Made by a program: the position numbers and the translations under genes. DNA of 64,000 nt from Wickerhamiella versatilis. Lineage: Eukaryota. The notes below the pieces were generated by a model, which was given only the letters and a program-made list of their open reading frames with translations, did not search any database and was not told where the DNA came from. Positions 10,783 to 21,269 of this stretch are shown here, piece after piece (positions within the stretch are counted from its first letter, which is position 1; each line of letters starts with the position of its first letter). The stretch is from contig JAQOWU010000007.1 in NCBI GenBank assembly GCA_030867685.1, positions 2,170,001-2,234,000 on the forward strand, in the 5' to 3' direction.

Positions 10783-11597
10783 ACCGCGATGTAGTCGTAT
10801 TTCTTATGAGTAAGCCAGTATTTGTTTGTGAATTGGGATACTTCGTCGAATGTTTCTGGTGGAATTTGTAGCAGAACAAACATGTTTCTATTTAGATATA
10901 TAATATAGAAACGGAAAAATATTACTATTTTTTATGTTTCAGTTTTTGGGTATACTGTGTTGAAACTATATAGTCATTTCCGTTAGGGTATACGAATCAC
11001 CAGAGCGAAACAAATAGTGCTTTTTTGTCTTGTCTCACATCTCAAAACATAGTTTGCGAAGGCTGTTGCAGCTTTACGTGCATGATATTTTTTAGATGTC
11101 ATAGCCCTCACGTACCAGGGAACTGCAAGGACTAGTAATACCACCATCACTTTTAGGCTACATGAAAATAGGCAGTGAGCTACGACATTTCAAGTTCCTG
11201 AAAATCGGAGAAAATTAGCACTTATTTAAGCCCCGAAACTTGATGTTTCACAAGATTTGACGATATACACTGATTAATTTTCAAGCAGTGCTATTATTAT
11301 CACGCATTTCGCACATGCATGAAGGGATCAGTTGTATTATTCATCTGACTTTTGAAGAATGTAATGTGTATTCAGTTAGCAGATCAAGAAAAGGGTTGGG
11401 CTAGAACATACTTACAAAAGTAAAAGTCTTATATTATACTGTTATCAGAAAGGGAAATAATCATATTACACCTCATTTCCCTAAAAGTGATTTGAGCAGG
11501 TGGGAGAGAAGCCCGGCAGCTTACGTAGGCGGGACCTGACGCATTTGTTTACGATATCTGACCACTCACTCCACACGCAAGTTTCACTTCGGACTAA

Positions 11598-14306
11598 ATG
11601 GCTCTGTCGACTCCCCCGTATATAGGGCAGGAGTTAGGCGCTGATAGTCACACAGGGGATGTAACTCCTGGAGATGGATGTGCTTTTGATACCCTGGACA
11701 CATCACAGTTCACCGTTCACTCTTTGGGAGACATTCCGTGTGTCGATGACTGCTCAATTACTTTTGGACGTGCATCTTCACTTGCCACCTTAGCTATACC
11801 GTTGGTCACCTCATCCCCAAGAAGGTCTGCGGACGCGTACACGTCAACTACTGCGAGCACAGGTTTATCTACAACCGAGAGTAAGGGTGATCAAAGAACC
11901 ATGAGCCTTCTATGGCTTGAAATACAGCAGTTTGAGTCTATCATACGTGGTAGAGTCCCTTCTCTTTTTAGAACGGCAAAGTTGGCCTCTTTGCCGCACC
12001 CAGAACATCCAACGGCATTGTATGATGAGAAAGTCAAGAGTGCACTGAGATGGGACCACCGCCAGCTATTGGGCTCATTCGTAACCCTCATATGTACTTC
12101 ACCAGGGTTTATTGCTGCTGCGCTGGCCGCAGCAGATACTAGAAAGTTTTTGAGCGGGGTGCCCAGTCCGCTCAGTATACTATTTCATTTGGTTGGGCCT
12201 AATCCAGTATATTTTGCAGCCCTTGTGTCAGAATTGCGATCTGAGGCGGTGACGTTAGCGGTGATGGGTGAATTTGCTGCCTTGGGAGGGGTGATAGTGG
12301 GTGATCGGAAGGCGCGCGTCGAGAGATTCATTTTGAAAGCATTATCTGATAAAAAGCATGAGCATCATAACGAGCTCGCTACTCTTTTTGTCACTAAATA
12401 TATAAAAGACCTTGTATCGCCGCTTTATTGGGAATTCATCGCACTGAGTGGTACCGGCACCTTGGCACGCAGAAAGCACCTCTCCAAACTCGTAATGGAA
12501 GTATTAACTGTACCTCATAATTGTGGTCTTCTTGAAACAGTGTATATATCGGAGAGCGATCGTAAGAAGTCATTGGACTTACTTGCAGCGGAAATTATCA
12601 ACTTGTTGTCGGCCCAAGTCTCTCTGGATGATACACCATTTTCCGGGAAAGATGTTTCCCCAGGAATGGTTGCCCTCCTTTCTGCTGATTTATTATCTAT
12701 TTACGAAGCACTTCTTCCGCTTGATGGCTCAGCCGCTATAGTTACTGGTGCAGAGTGGTCTCTTGGTAATATAAGGACAGACCTTTCGCCCGCCATGCGT
12801 CTTCTTGGCTCGTCTCCAACATTTTGGCACTATTTTGCCGCATCTTCTGATGGTCTCATAGCCGAAGTAGATCAAAGCATGTATCTAATTGACGATTATG
12901 AAGATCCTGTTGCAGAGGCAGTGGCTACAGCTAGAGAAACACATGTCGAATCCATATTAAGGGACCGCATATCAACAGCGGAATCCTTTGGTGACTATAT
13001 AGGGGCACTCAAGTTACGCCGTGCTGCTGCCACCCCAGCAGCTCAGGTTATGGACGATGCAGTGGCTCGGCTTGAGCAGCGCATTGAAACCCTACAGCAG
13101 CATTGTGAGAAACTCGCGCGAATTCAGTCCGGACTCGACTCTGCTTTGGCTAACAAGGAAATGCGGTCCAGATATCATTTGCACCTTTCCAACTCGTTGC
13201 GCCTTCGGAAGTGGTATAACGAACAGCGACTTGTAAACCCAAGTATTAGCAAAGCTCGAGACCTTATCTCAAGACTTTGCCAGGGCTACATGTGTGCCTC
13301 CAATTCTGGCTCAAATAGTGGAGTCAGTGGCACACTTCGCAGGCTTTCCAGAAGACGTCTGAGCATTTTAAGCACTCACTCATTGAGCACATGGACTGAC
13401 GATGATCTTTTCGTATCCAGGGATTACCTTCCAAAGGCTAAACTTGGTGATAAGGATTCAGACTTAGTAGAAGAATACATGCAGCAGAACCGAGCTCCCA
13501 ATTTTTGTAATTGCGAAGAGATATGGCATCGTTTTTGCGTGGAAATAGCAATCGTTGCGCGCCAACTTAACCACATGTGCATATTGAACAGATCACCAGA
13601 TGATCTTAAGACGCTGCTTTTTAGTGACCTAGGATGGGAACTGGTTAATCGTGGAACAGAGACTGACCGCTTTATGCAGCTGACTGGGCGTATGCTCTTA
13701 GAGGGCGACGGGCAGTGGTGCCAGCCGATACTAGAGGACATTGCAGCCCTGTGGTCGCCGCATGCTAAGCTGCTTGAGCTTAAGAAATTAGTGAAACTGG
13801 CAGGGGCAGTCGCTGAGGAAGAGGACATAGGCGTAGAAGCCCTCCTAACCCGATCGCTTTGTCGCGAGACTGGTGGAGCTCTTTATCGTGACCTACAGGT
13901 GGTAGGGACGCTGATCCCGGCCGTCGAGCTGGATATGACCCCAGAATTTTGGATGGTGGCAGATGCCGCCATTGCAGTGATGGATACGGTACTCACAAGA
14001 AGCATGGATCTTGCAGACAGAATATTAAGATACCATATAGAATCGCATGCCGGTTCTCGCACCACGATGAGCATGGGAATCTCAGATGCCGTTGCAATTT
14101 GGTCCTTTTGCGCAAGGTCTGGATGCACCACGGCACAGCGTAGGTTGGCCCAGCTCTATGACCAATATCCACATACAACACTTGAAATGATGCCATTTTG
14201 CCATGCCGCAGAATTGTTTCACAATGTCGAGCCCGCAGGCGTTCGCGAGGCTGTTGTTCGTCACTGGGTTAAAATGGCAGAATCTGATGGAGGTCGAACG
14301 CTCTGA
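11598..14306 (+). CDS. Conserved-looking fungal hypothetical protein (902 aa); possible degenerate VPS9-like region and C-terminal SEL1-like helices
   Basis: Long ORF with a central coiled coil. Segments LFSDLGWELVNRGTETDRF, SPHAKLLEL, AQRRLAQLY, RHWVKMAE. Confidence 0.65.
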   Translation: MALSTPPYIGQELGADSHTGDVTPGDGCAFDTLDTSQFTVHSLGDIPCVDDCSITFGRASSLATLAIPLVTSSPRRSADAYTSTTASTGLSTTESKGDQRTMSLLWLEIQQFESIIRGRVPSLFRTAKLASLPHPEHPTALYDEKVKSALRWDHRQLLGSFVTLICTSPGFIAAALAAADTRKFLSGVPSPLSILFHLVGPNPVYFAALVSELRSEAVTLAVMGEFAALGGVIVGDRKARVERFILKALSDKKHEHHNELATLFVTKYIKDLVSPLYWEFIALSGTGTLARRKHLSKLVMEVLTVPHNCGLLETVYISESDRKKSLDLLAAEIINLLSAQVSLDDTPFSGKDVSPGMVALLSADLLSIYEALLPLDGSAAIVTGAEWSLGNIRTDLSPAMRLLGSSPTFWHYFAASSDGLIAEVDQSMYLIDDYEDPVAEAVATARETHVESILRDRISTAESFGDYIGALKLRRAAATPAAQVMDDAVARLEQRIETLQQHCEKLARIQSGLDSALANKEMRSRYHLHLSNSLRLRKWYNEQRLVNPSISKARDLISRLCQGYMCASNSGSNSGVSGTLRRLSRRRLSILSTHSLSTWTDDDLFVSRDYLPKAKLGDKDSDLVEEYMQQNRAPNFCNCEEIWHRFCVEIAIVARQLNHMCILNRSPDDLKTLLFSDLGWELVNRGTETDRFMQLTGRMLLEGDGQWCQPILEDIAALWSPHAKLLELKKLVKLAGAVAEEEDIGVEALLTRSLCRETGGALYRDLQVVGTLIPAVELDMTPEFWMVADAAIAVMDTVLTRSMDLADRILRYHIESHAGSRTTMSMGISDAVAIWSFCARSGCTTAQRRLAQLYDQYPHTTLEMMPFCHAAELFHNVEPAGVREAVVRHWVKMAESDGGRTL

Positions 14307-14394
14307 TATATGATATTAATATATTTATTCGCTTGTTTAATTTCTTTGCTAGTAGTTTTTTTTTAAATTTTTAAAAAAATTATTAGACAACCTA

Positions 14395-14585
14395 AAGCGT
14401 ACCAAACGCATTAACTTCGATATGATTATCACTGAGCGCATGGCTAGTATAAATACATAGGGATGCGACCCTAGTACCACAATAGATTTTTTTTGTCGGA
14501 GTCGTAGCGACGTCGAAGAGGATCGACGTAAAAGTACTGGGGTATCGCGTGTGCGCGTTACATTAGTTACTTCATTCTGAGCAGA
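14395..14585. ncRNA. Candidate structured non-coding RNA (unidentified)
   Basis: Nested helices: 14436-41/14551-56, 14463-68/14545-50, 14469-77/14534-42, 14510-16/14523-29. C-like ATGATTA at 14422 and D-like CTGA at 14577. Confidence 0.4.
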
Positions 14586-14601
14586 AATTAGGGTAGGCAA
14601 A

Positions 14602-15363
14602 CTACCTTAAGGTTGCGTCACTCGTCATTTCTTGTTCTGGATCTGGATATTTTTCGTTGTAACCAGGATAATGTCCTTTGGTCTTGTTATATGCCGGCCA
14701 CAGATCGTACGCCAACATCAGTTGATAGAAGGGATAAATGAAGGCCAAAGTCCACTCGACCACCGCCGATCCATTTTCAGACCTGTTACCCGTTGTCGGG
14801 AAGGAAATTGCCAGTCCAAGCTCTATTATGAACCAAACGATTTTAAAATAAAAAGAGACAACAATATGTCGCTTATGCTGAGTTTCTCTATCAAGTATGC
14901 CATACTCAGCACAAGTGAAAACAGCAGAAAGACCCAAGAAAACAATGAAGATTACAAGTAGGCCTTCATGGACACGGTGAAAATCGTGCGTGTTGAAAAT
15001 TGATACGATCAGTATTCCGATCTCACCAACTAAAGCGCAACAAATCGAGGTGATTGACAACGCTCTGTCGGCCTGCTCAAAATTAGGTCGAAGTCGTCGT
15101 TGATGGCGCAGCCACCGTTCACTTATGAGCGACAAAACAAAAAGCAGCCCCTGGGCACCAGAGCACGCGATAAAGATCGGCTGAATGTGCCAGCTGGAGG
15201 CCGCAACGTCGGATATAAATACGAAACTCTGGTCAGTAGGCTGCATAAAATCGTAAACAGGTTTACCCTGCGCGGACCAAATTGCCAGAAGTGCAATCAG
15301 CATACCCCACCAAATTATACCCGAGAGAACAGGGATCCACCAGTGATGGAAGATCTTCAGCAT
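14602..15363 (-). CDS. SFK1: Sfk1 (Frag1/DRAM/Sfk1 family) plasma-membrane protein
   Basis: WWGMLIALLAIW, FISDVAA, ERWLRH.RRL, FNTHDFHRVH, AVVEWTLAF; about six TM helices. Confidence 0.88.
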   Translation of the reverse strand: MLKIFHHWWIPVLSGIIWWGMLIALLAIWSAQGKPVYDFMQPTDQSFVFISDVAASSWHIQPIFIACSGAQGLLFVLSLISERWLRHQRRLRPNFEQADRALSITSICCALVGEIGILIVSIFNTHDFHRVHEGLLVIFIVFLGLSAVFTCAEYGILDRETQHKRHIVVSFYFKIVWFIIELGLAISFPTTGNRSENGSAVVEWTLAFIYPFYQLMLAYDLWPAYNKTKGHYPGYNEKYPDPEQEMTSDATLR

Positions 15364-16123
15364 TTTTCACTTAATATTAACACGACTTTTGGCGTGAGAA
15401 ATAGTTGTAACACTGAAGCAGAGGGGAAGGGGGGAAATATTATGCTCACTAAGTCAGGATTTTCCCTCAGGTGTCATGCAGCACTCGAAGAGTTCGGCAA
15501 TGAGTAAATATTGTATTAGTAATTAGGTCGTGTGTCTTAAAACGTTGTTGCTGCATGTCAGCACACTACCCTCTTTTAATTAATTGGATAAATAACTACA
15601 GAAAACCAGACGATATGCTTTGATATTTTCATTAATCTCTCCGTAGGTGCCCTCAGTAAACATTATTCCCACTCATCGTAGTGAGGGGATCGAATAACTC
15701 TTCGGCATCCTGGCTTTTGCCCCGTAGACCAATGAAAAGCTCGGTCCGGGGGGCCACCATGACGTAATGCATCTTCTCACTTTTATTGCAAATCTCAAAG
15801 GTTGCTACTTCGATTTCTAAATAAGAACTTTAAAAAATAGATTCCGATGTTTGACCCCCTTTTTCTTCTAGCGGTATGTGCCGTTGAATTTATATGCATG
15901 ATGCATACATTATTATTCGCGTCCACTTAATAATCTAATAGTCTCGGTGGCTGGACCGAGACACGCCCAATCGGTGACGTGCATGAGCCCCACTTACCGA
16001 AGTGTAAGGTATGTGCATCACAGATAACATAAGCCTGTGCGCTACAAATCTGATGATCCTGTGAGGACAGGTAAAAAGTAAATAATTCGGATAAAATAAG
16101 AGGCTTTTTCCGAGGCCACTATA

Positions 16124-17812
16124 CTATTCTAAGCACTTATGCCCCAGCTTTAAAGCACTTTTCACTTCATTACGGTACCTGCGTTGGGTCTCAGCTTGAT
16201 CCAAGAAAATTTCATACTTGGCGTTTAAAAGCCTTTTTGTGGTCGGATCATTTAATGGTTCAACCACTGAACAGCCCCCACAATACTTGCGCATAGTCCC
16301 CCATAATGAGCCATTTTCTTTCTCACATGAATTTGCTGCTAGTATAGCTGTTCCTCTCAATACCGCAGTACCAAAATCGTGGGGGATGGCTAAAGGAAGG
16401 TCTAGCACCGAAGCCATGGTAGTGGTAATAACAGGATTTTTACATTGGCCGCCGGACAAGTAAATGCATTTGATATTTCCAGACGCTTCATTGATTGAAG
16501 TAATCACTTGACGCATCTGGAAACATATGGATTCTATTAGGGCCAAGTATTGGATAGCAAGATCCTCGAGAGATGTAACCATCGAAAGACCCGTAATGGA
16601 GCCACACATGTCAGGATCGTTATATGGGGTACGATTACCACAAATGTCCCCATACCAAAACAAATCCTTTGTGAGATAATGTATGGAATGAACCTGGTCA
16701 CGGACGCACGAAGCTTCCAAGTATTCATTAAGTAGCTGGTATTTGTTTACACCGCCCTTGCATATGCATACCTCGTTAAGTTCCGCTGCGGCTGGATGGA
16801 TCTCAAGGAGATGGTCTAATGCTTTCCCGGTTGCATTTTGTCCCGAATCAACGCACCACATTCCTGGAATTAGGGCATCTAGATAAGGACCCCATGCACC
16901 TGCCACAAATATTGGATTATCCGGAACTAATATATGGCAGGTACTTGTGCCAGCTATTGTAGCCAAGCGCGTGCTTATGCCACTGGATAGTCCAGGGATA
17001 TCTGAACCTACCGTGCCAATCCAACCAGCGTAAGCATCAACCACTCCTGAGCTAACAACCACCCCCTCGTGAAGTCCTAGTTCCGTTGCTGCTTGCGGAG
17101 TCAGGAAACCAATCGGCTGTCCGGCACTCCGAAACATACCTCCGTTGTCTACTGTGCCACCTAGTCGACTGTAATTGTCATCGCAGAGCTCACCAAGTCC
17201 GATGGTCTTGAAAAAGTCACCACACCAGCCCTTAGAGGTGCTACCAAGATCGATTGGAAGATAGCCTTGCTTTCCTGTCACCGATCCAAAAGAGCGAGAA
17301 TAAATTTTAGTACTGCGCCATGTCAACCATTCATTCAGATCAAAGAATCGCATTTGACTGAAGCTGGAAGTGTGCTTCTTTAGCCACATTAGCCTAGGAA
17401 TCTCCATCTCAACCGACATGCTACCGCCGACAAATCTCATCAGGGGATGGGAAATATGCCTCAAAGCCTGTGCCTCTTCTGTAGCCCTCTGATCCATCCA
17501 CATCATGATATCTTGCGAATCATCGTTAAAATCCGGGCCTACTGCACATGGATTACCGCACAAGTCTGTCACCACCAGCGAGCACGTTGCGCCAAAGGAA
17601 ATAGCTTTGACCTCGGATGGATCACGAACCACAACATGCACACATTGGCATATAGCTTGCCAGATTTCTGTCGACGATTGATTGACGAAACCTTTCTTTG
17701 GCTCCCATTTACGGATTGGCTCCTCAGCTAAAGCATGAATAGCGCCGTTGTTATCCATAATACATGCTCGGGCAGAGCTAGTACCTACATCAATTCCCAG
17801 GTAATGTGGCAT
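16124..17812 (-). CDS. FGGY-family carbohydrate (pentulose/ribulose-type) kinase, divergent
   Basis: YLGIDVGTSSARA, ATCSLV, WMDQRA, VGGSMSVEMEIP, VDAYAG, AGTSTCH, GNRTP, SGGQCKN. Confidence 0.9.
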   Translation of the reverse strand: MPHYLGIDVGTSSARACIMDNNGAIHALAEEPIRKWEPKKGFVNQSSTEIWQAICQCVHVVVRDPSEVKAISFGATCSLVVTDLCGNPCAVGPDFNDDSQDIMMWMDQRATEEAQALRHISHPLMRFVGGSMSVEMEIPRLMWLKKHTSSFSQMRFFDLNEWLTWRSTKIYSRSFGSVTGKQGYLPIDLGSTSKGWCGDFFKTIGLGELCDDNYSRLGGTVDNGGMFRSAGQPIGFLTPQAATELGLHEGVVVSSGVVDAYAGWIGTVGSDIPGLSSGISTRLATIAGTSTCHILVPDNPIFVAGAWGPYLDALIPGMWCVDSGQNATGKALDHLLEIHPAAAELNEVCICKGGVNKYQLLNEYLEASCVRDQVHSIHYLTKDLFWYGDICGNRTPYNDPDMCGSITGLSMVTSLEDLAIQYLALIESICFQMRQVITSINEASGNIKCIYLSGGQCKNPVITTTMASVLDLPLAIPHDFGTAVLRGTAILAANSCEKENGSLWGTMRKYCGGCSVVEPLNDPTTKRLLNAKYEIFLDQAETQRRYRNEVKSALKLGHKCLE

Positions 17813-17997
17813 TATTTGGTTGTTTCCATAACTCAAGACCCTTTCCCCCAGAGCTGTTAATCCGCTTTGAAAGATATGTCACCCATCTGTCATCATAGAA
17901 AGATAATCCTTAAGTGCAAATAATACATCTCTTACTAATAGTAATTATTATCGCCTTAGATAAGTTAAATTGTTGGCGTGATGAAGTGTAGCAGGCT

Positions 17998-20652
17998 TTA
18001 AGTAGGGAACGTGCCACGCCTAGGCCCAATATAGTCACCTTCAGCAGTAACATTTAGCCTGATGGCGGTTCCAAGAGCGTCTGCGGTGTTTCCGAATACG
18101 GCATTGCCCCACCAATCGATTGACACAAGATGCTTATATGAAGTAGCGAAAAACATGATGAGAGCTGAATAGGCAACCCCGATAATGGCGGCATTATAGA
18201 AGGGAAAAGTATACTTAGCCCACCAGCGGGGGTAGCGTGCCTTCACAAATTTGTGCCAGAATACACCGACCTCCAGGTTAGTTATATTATAGTACCAGTT
18301 CGTGGGAGCCCAATTTAGAGCACCTTGGAGTATCACAATTTCATTTACTTCAGCAAGCCAAGTACCCAAAGTCGCAGACCATTGAGCAACCCGCGATTCT
18401 GGGGACCTGTTACTGGAAAGCTTGGCAGTGAGTTTTCTAGCTGCCCAAAAAGGGAGGGGGTATACAGCGCCAATTAGGAAGCACCATTTTAGCTGGGGAT
18501 ATAGGCCATCAAACATCCGCTGGGGACCAATTGTTCCAAATTGGACCGCATTGTTAAAATACGTCCGAGCACCTTGGCAGGTGAATTTTGTTGTCGTATT
18601 CTCAGGATCACACATGTCCTGTATCGAGCCTGAAGCTTGCCAAGTCACGAGACCGGCCATCACAAAACTTGCGCAGACCATAGCGATAATCTGGGCACGA
18701 AAAACCGCTCTTGGAGGTATTGACGCATAGTGTGCCGCAGCCAAGGAGTACAGGTAGCTATACCCTTCCCCCTGGCACATAACCGCGATACCTTTGCCGA
18801 CCATCAGTGCATTCCCGTTTCCTGGCAATGCGTAACCGATAAGTACTTCGAATAGGAGATTGATAAAAAATGTGTATGTTGTACGAGCTTCGAGAATGGC
18901 TGCGGGGCCCATGAAGAACAAACTAATGCCAATCCCAAGAACTATTGTCCACACCGGGGTATTTGTGAAACTGTACTTTTCCACGCATGCAACTCCAAAT
19001 GCAAAGCCTATAGCCAAGACTGATAGAAACCACCATTCAGGTACTTCCTTGTATCGTCGGATTCTTCGACTGAAAGTATCATTGTAAAGGGAAACGGTTC
19101 CACTTTTTGTAAAAATACCACGGAAAATCGAGGGAATGGCAACTTTGAAGTACTTGTACCAGTTGAGAAACATGAACACGGCCATGGCAGGATATTCCAT
19201 GAAATAGACACCGGTATAAACTAACAACCCCGCAGAGAAAAAGGGAAGCGAGTACTTTTGAAGACTCTCTTGAGACAGAAAATTATTGCTGTCCAAAACC
19301 TTAGTGACATCATACGATGCGCCCGTGTTGTCGTAAATACCATTTGCATTTATAGGAAAATAACCAGTCCAGCGTACATTATTATACCAGAGGATAATAA
19401 TGGCGATCATCCCAATAAGCATACCAAAGTAATATGTCATGAACGAGGCATAAGGAGTATAAAGGGTAGTGAAAGTAATCACATTGAAGTCAAATGTCGT
19501 GATGGGGTTTAAGCCAAGACCAGTAGAATACCCACAGATAGCTTGCAAGTCGATATTTTCTGGAGCAATCCAAGTAGGCCAAGTGAACACACTTAGGGCC
19601 ATGAAGACAAAATCCGTTATCCAGTACCAGCCAAACGAGATCCAAGCAAAGATCCAGAAAAATTCAACTTCGGTAAGCTTCCAGCCATTTATATTCTCCC
19701 TTACTCCCTGTTTAACCAATGTTCTGTTAAGACTTAAAGTAGGCAGGACAGTAAACCATGCCATCTGGGTAGGATATATGGCGATCGCACGCATAACACC
19801 TGCAATTCCAAACCCCATTATATTCTGGCATAAAGTCAGCAATATGGTGAACCCAAATGATTTTGCGGATTCAATGCCGTAAAAATGGTTATTGGCCATA
19901 GCTATAACAGTATCCTGCGAATAAGCTGCTTGATTGGCAACCGTCATCATGTTAGCCAACATTTGTTCCTTGAATGTCCAGGGTTTGCCACTATTCAAAA
20001 TGATTTTGCGCCCCTTCCCAAGTGGAAGTGCCATATATGGTAATCTGCTGCACAATTTTCCTGTGCCAGCGATCAATATGTCCAACCCTGTTGAGGTTAT
20101 GGATACAGTGGGATAGCGGACGGCGAAAAACGTGTATAGGACTGAACCAGATAAACTCCAAATAAGCCCTATAATATAAGCCCTCAGACTTTCAAAATGC
20201 TCATTTCCATCATCAGGCTCATCCACAGGTCGTGTAACAGACCTGACTTCCGGATAGATAGACCACTCGTTAATCAAAAACGCCTCAAAAGCGACAACTA
20301 TTTCCCAGTCATGTTGAGACATGCTTTTAATATCTCCTGATATCAACTTCTCTAAGAACTGGCGATGAGCCATTGAGAGCAGTTCGTCATCCCTGTGTTC
20401 CTCGTAGGCATTTTGGATGATTTCCAAGTTAGTATCAAAATCAAGATCATGTAGATGGTCTTGAACAATAAGAAGATCATCTTCCGACATAGATTTGTCG
20501 GCAAAGAAGTCAAATCTCTTAATTATATCGAAATCTTCAGAAACGGGTAGGATCTTATCCTCATCAAGTTCATGTATACTGCCAACATCGACATCAATAT
20601 TGACTTTGGTCTTTGAAGGGTCCTTGAAAGGCTTTCCAGATTCTGCCGTCAT
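17998..20652 (-). CDS. OPT-family oligopeptide transporter (Opt2-like)
   Basis: SIYPEVRSVT, PWTFKEQM, GFGIAG, GLGLNPITTFDFN, YKEVPEWWF, GPQRMF, IDWWGN; many TM helices. Confidence 0.93.
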   Translation of the reverse strand: MTAESGKPFKDPSKTKVNIDVDVGSIHELDEDKILPVSEDFDIIKRFDFFADKSMSEDDLLIVQDHLHDLDFDTNLEIIQNAYEEHRDDELLSMAHRQFLEKLISGDIKSMSQHDWEIVVAFEAFLINEWSIYPEVRSVTRPVDEPDDGNEHFESLRAYIIGLIWSLSGSVLYTFFAVRYPTVSITSTGLDILIAGTGKLCSRLPYMALPLGKGRKIILNSGKPWTFKEQMLANMMTVANQAAYSQDTVIAMANNHFYGIESAKSFGFTILLTLCQNIMGFGIAGVMRAIAIYPTQMAWFTVLPTLSLNRTLVKQGVRENINGWKLTEVEFFWIFAWISFGWYWITDFVFMALSVFTWPTWIAPENIDLQAICGYSTGLGLNPITTFDFNVITFTTLYTPYASFMTYYFGMLIGMIAIIILWYNNVRWTGYFPINANGIYDNTGASYDVTKVLDSNNFLSQESLQKYSLPFFSAGLLVYTGVYFMEYPAMAVFMFLNWYKYFKVAIPSIFRGIFTKSGTVSLYNDTFSRRIRRYKEVPEWWFLSVLAIGFAFGVACVEKYSFTNTPVWTIVLGIGISLFFMGPAAILEARTTYTFFINLLFEVLIGYALPGNGNALMVGKGIAVMCQGEGYSYLYSLAAAHYASIPPRAVFRAQIIAMVCASFVMAGLVTWQASGSIQDMCDPENTTTKFTCQGARTYFNNAVQFGTIGPQRMFDGLYPQLKWCFLIGAVYPLPFWAARKLTAKLSSNRSPESRVAQWSATLGTWLAEVNEIVILQGALNWAPTNWYYNITNLEVGVFWHKFVKARYPRWWAKYTFPFYNAAIIGVAYSALIMFFATSYKHLVSIDWWGNAVFGNTADALGTAIRLNVTAEGDYIGPRRGTFPT

Positions 20653-21269
20653 TATCAGATCAATGTGGAAGATTGGTTAGGTAGTCTTACTACTATAACT
20701 TATGTCGATCAACGTGAAGCGATAGGTGACTAATTATCTCAGCGAGATTACGCGAAATAAAAACGAGTATTAGAAAGTTTTAGCGGTCTGAGGCTTGAAA
20801 CTATTTTTTTAAAAAAGTATTCGCTCAATTTTCAAAATAGTACTCATCCAAAAAGTACTCCTTCCAAGATAGTTGGTGCTTATAAATTAGTAACTATTAT
20901 CTCTACGAGTGCCGTGCGGCACTGACTCCTGGCAGTATATCAGATAAAGCCATGCATAAGTCCATATACCGGTGCTTAAAAATTTATTTGGAGCCAGTAT
21001 ATAGTGTGAGTAATTAATAGCAAGCAGTCATGTGGTTACTGTTATATTATTGCTTAGCATGCAGAAGTGCAACAGGAGGCAACAAGTTTGTGAGATGACG
21101 TCTGTGGATTGCAATCCCATTCTATTACATGGCTATGGCCTCGCATTTGTAAATAAGGAAGGCAATGCAAGATAGCCCACTCATATATATGTAGAGCATG
21201 GGGCTTCATGCGCGGGTAACATGTTATCTATGTATTTTGTCAACATTTACTCAGCCATCGCATAGGTCT

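Noticed and set aside
11408-11420. ATACTTAC resembling the U1 snRNA 5' end
   Set aside because: Continues ACAAAAG rather than ACCT, and no U1 stem-loops are evident.
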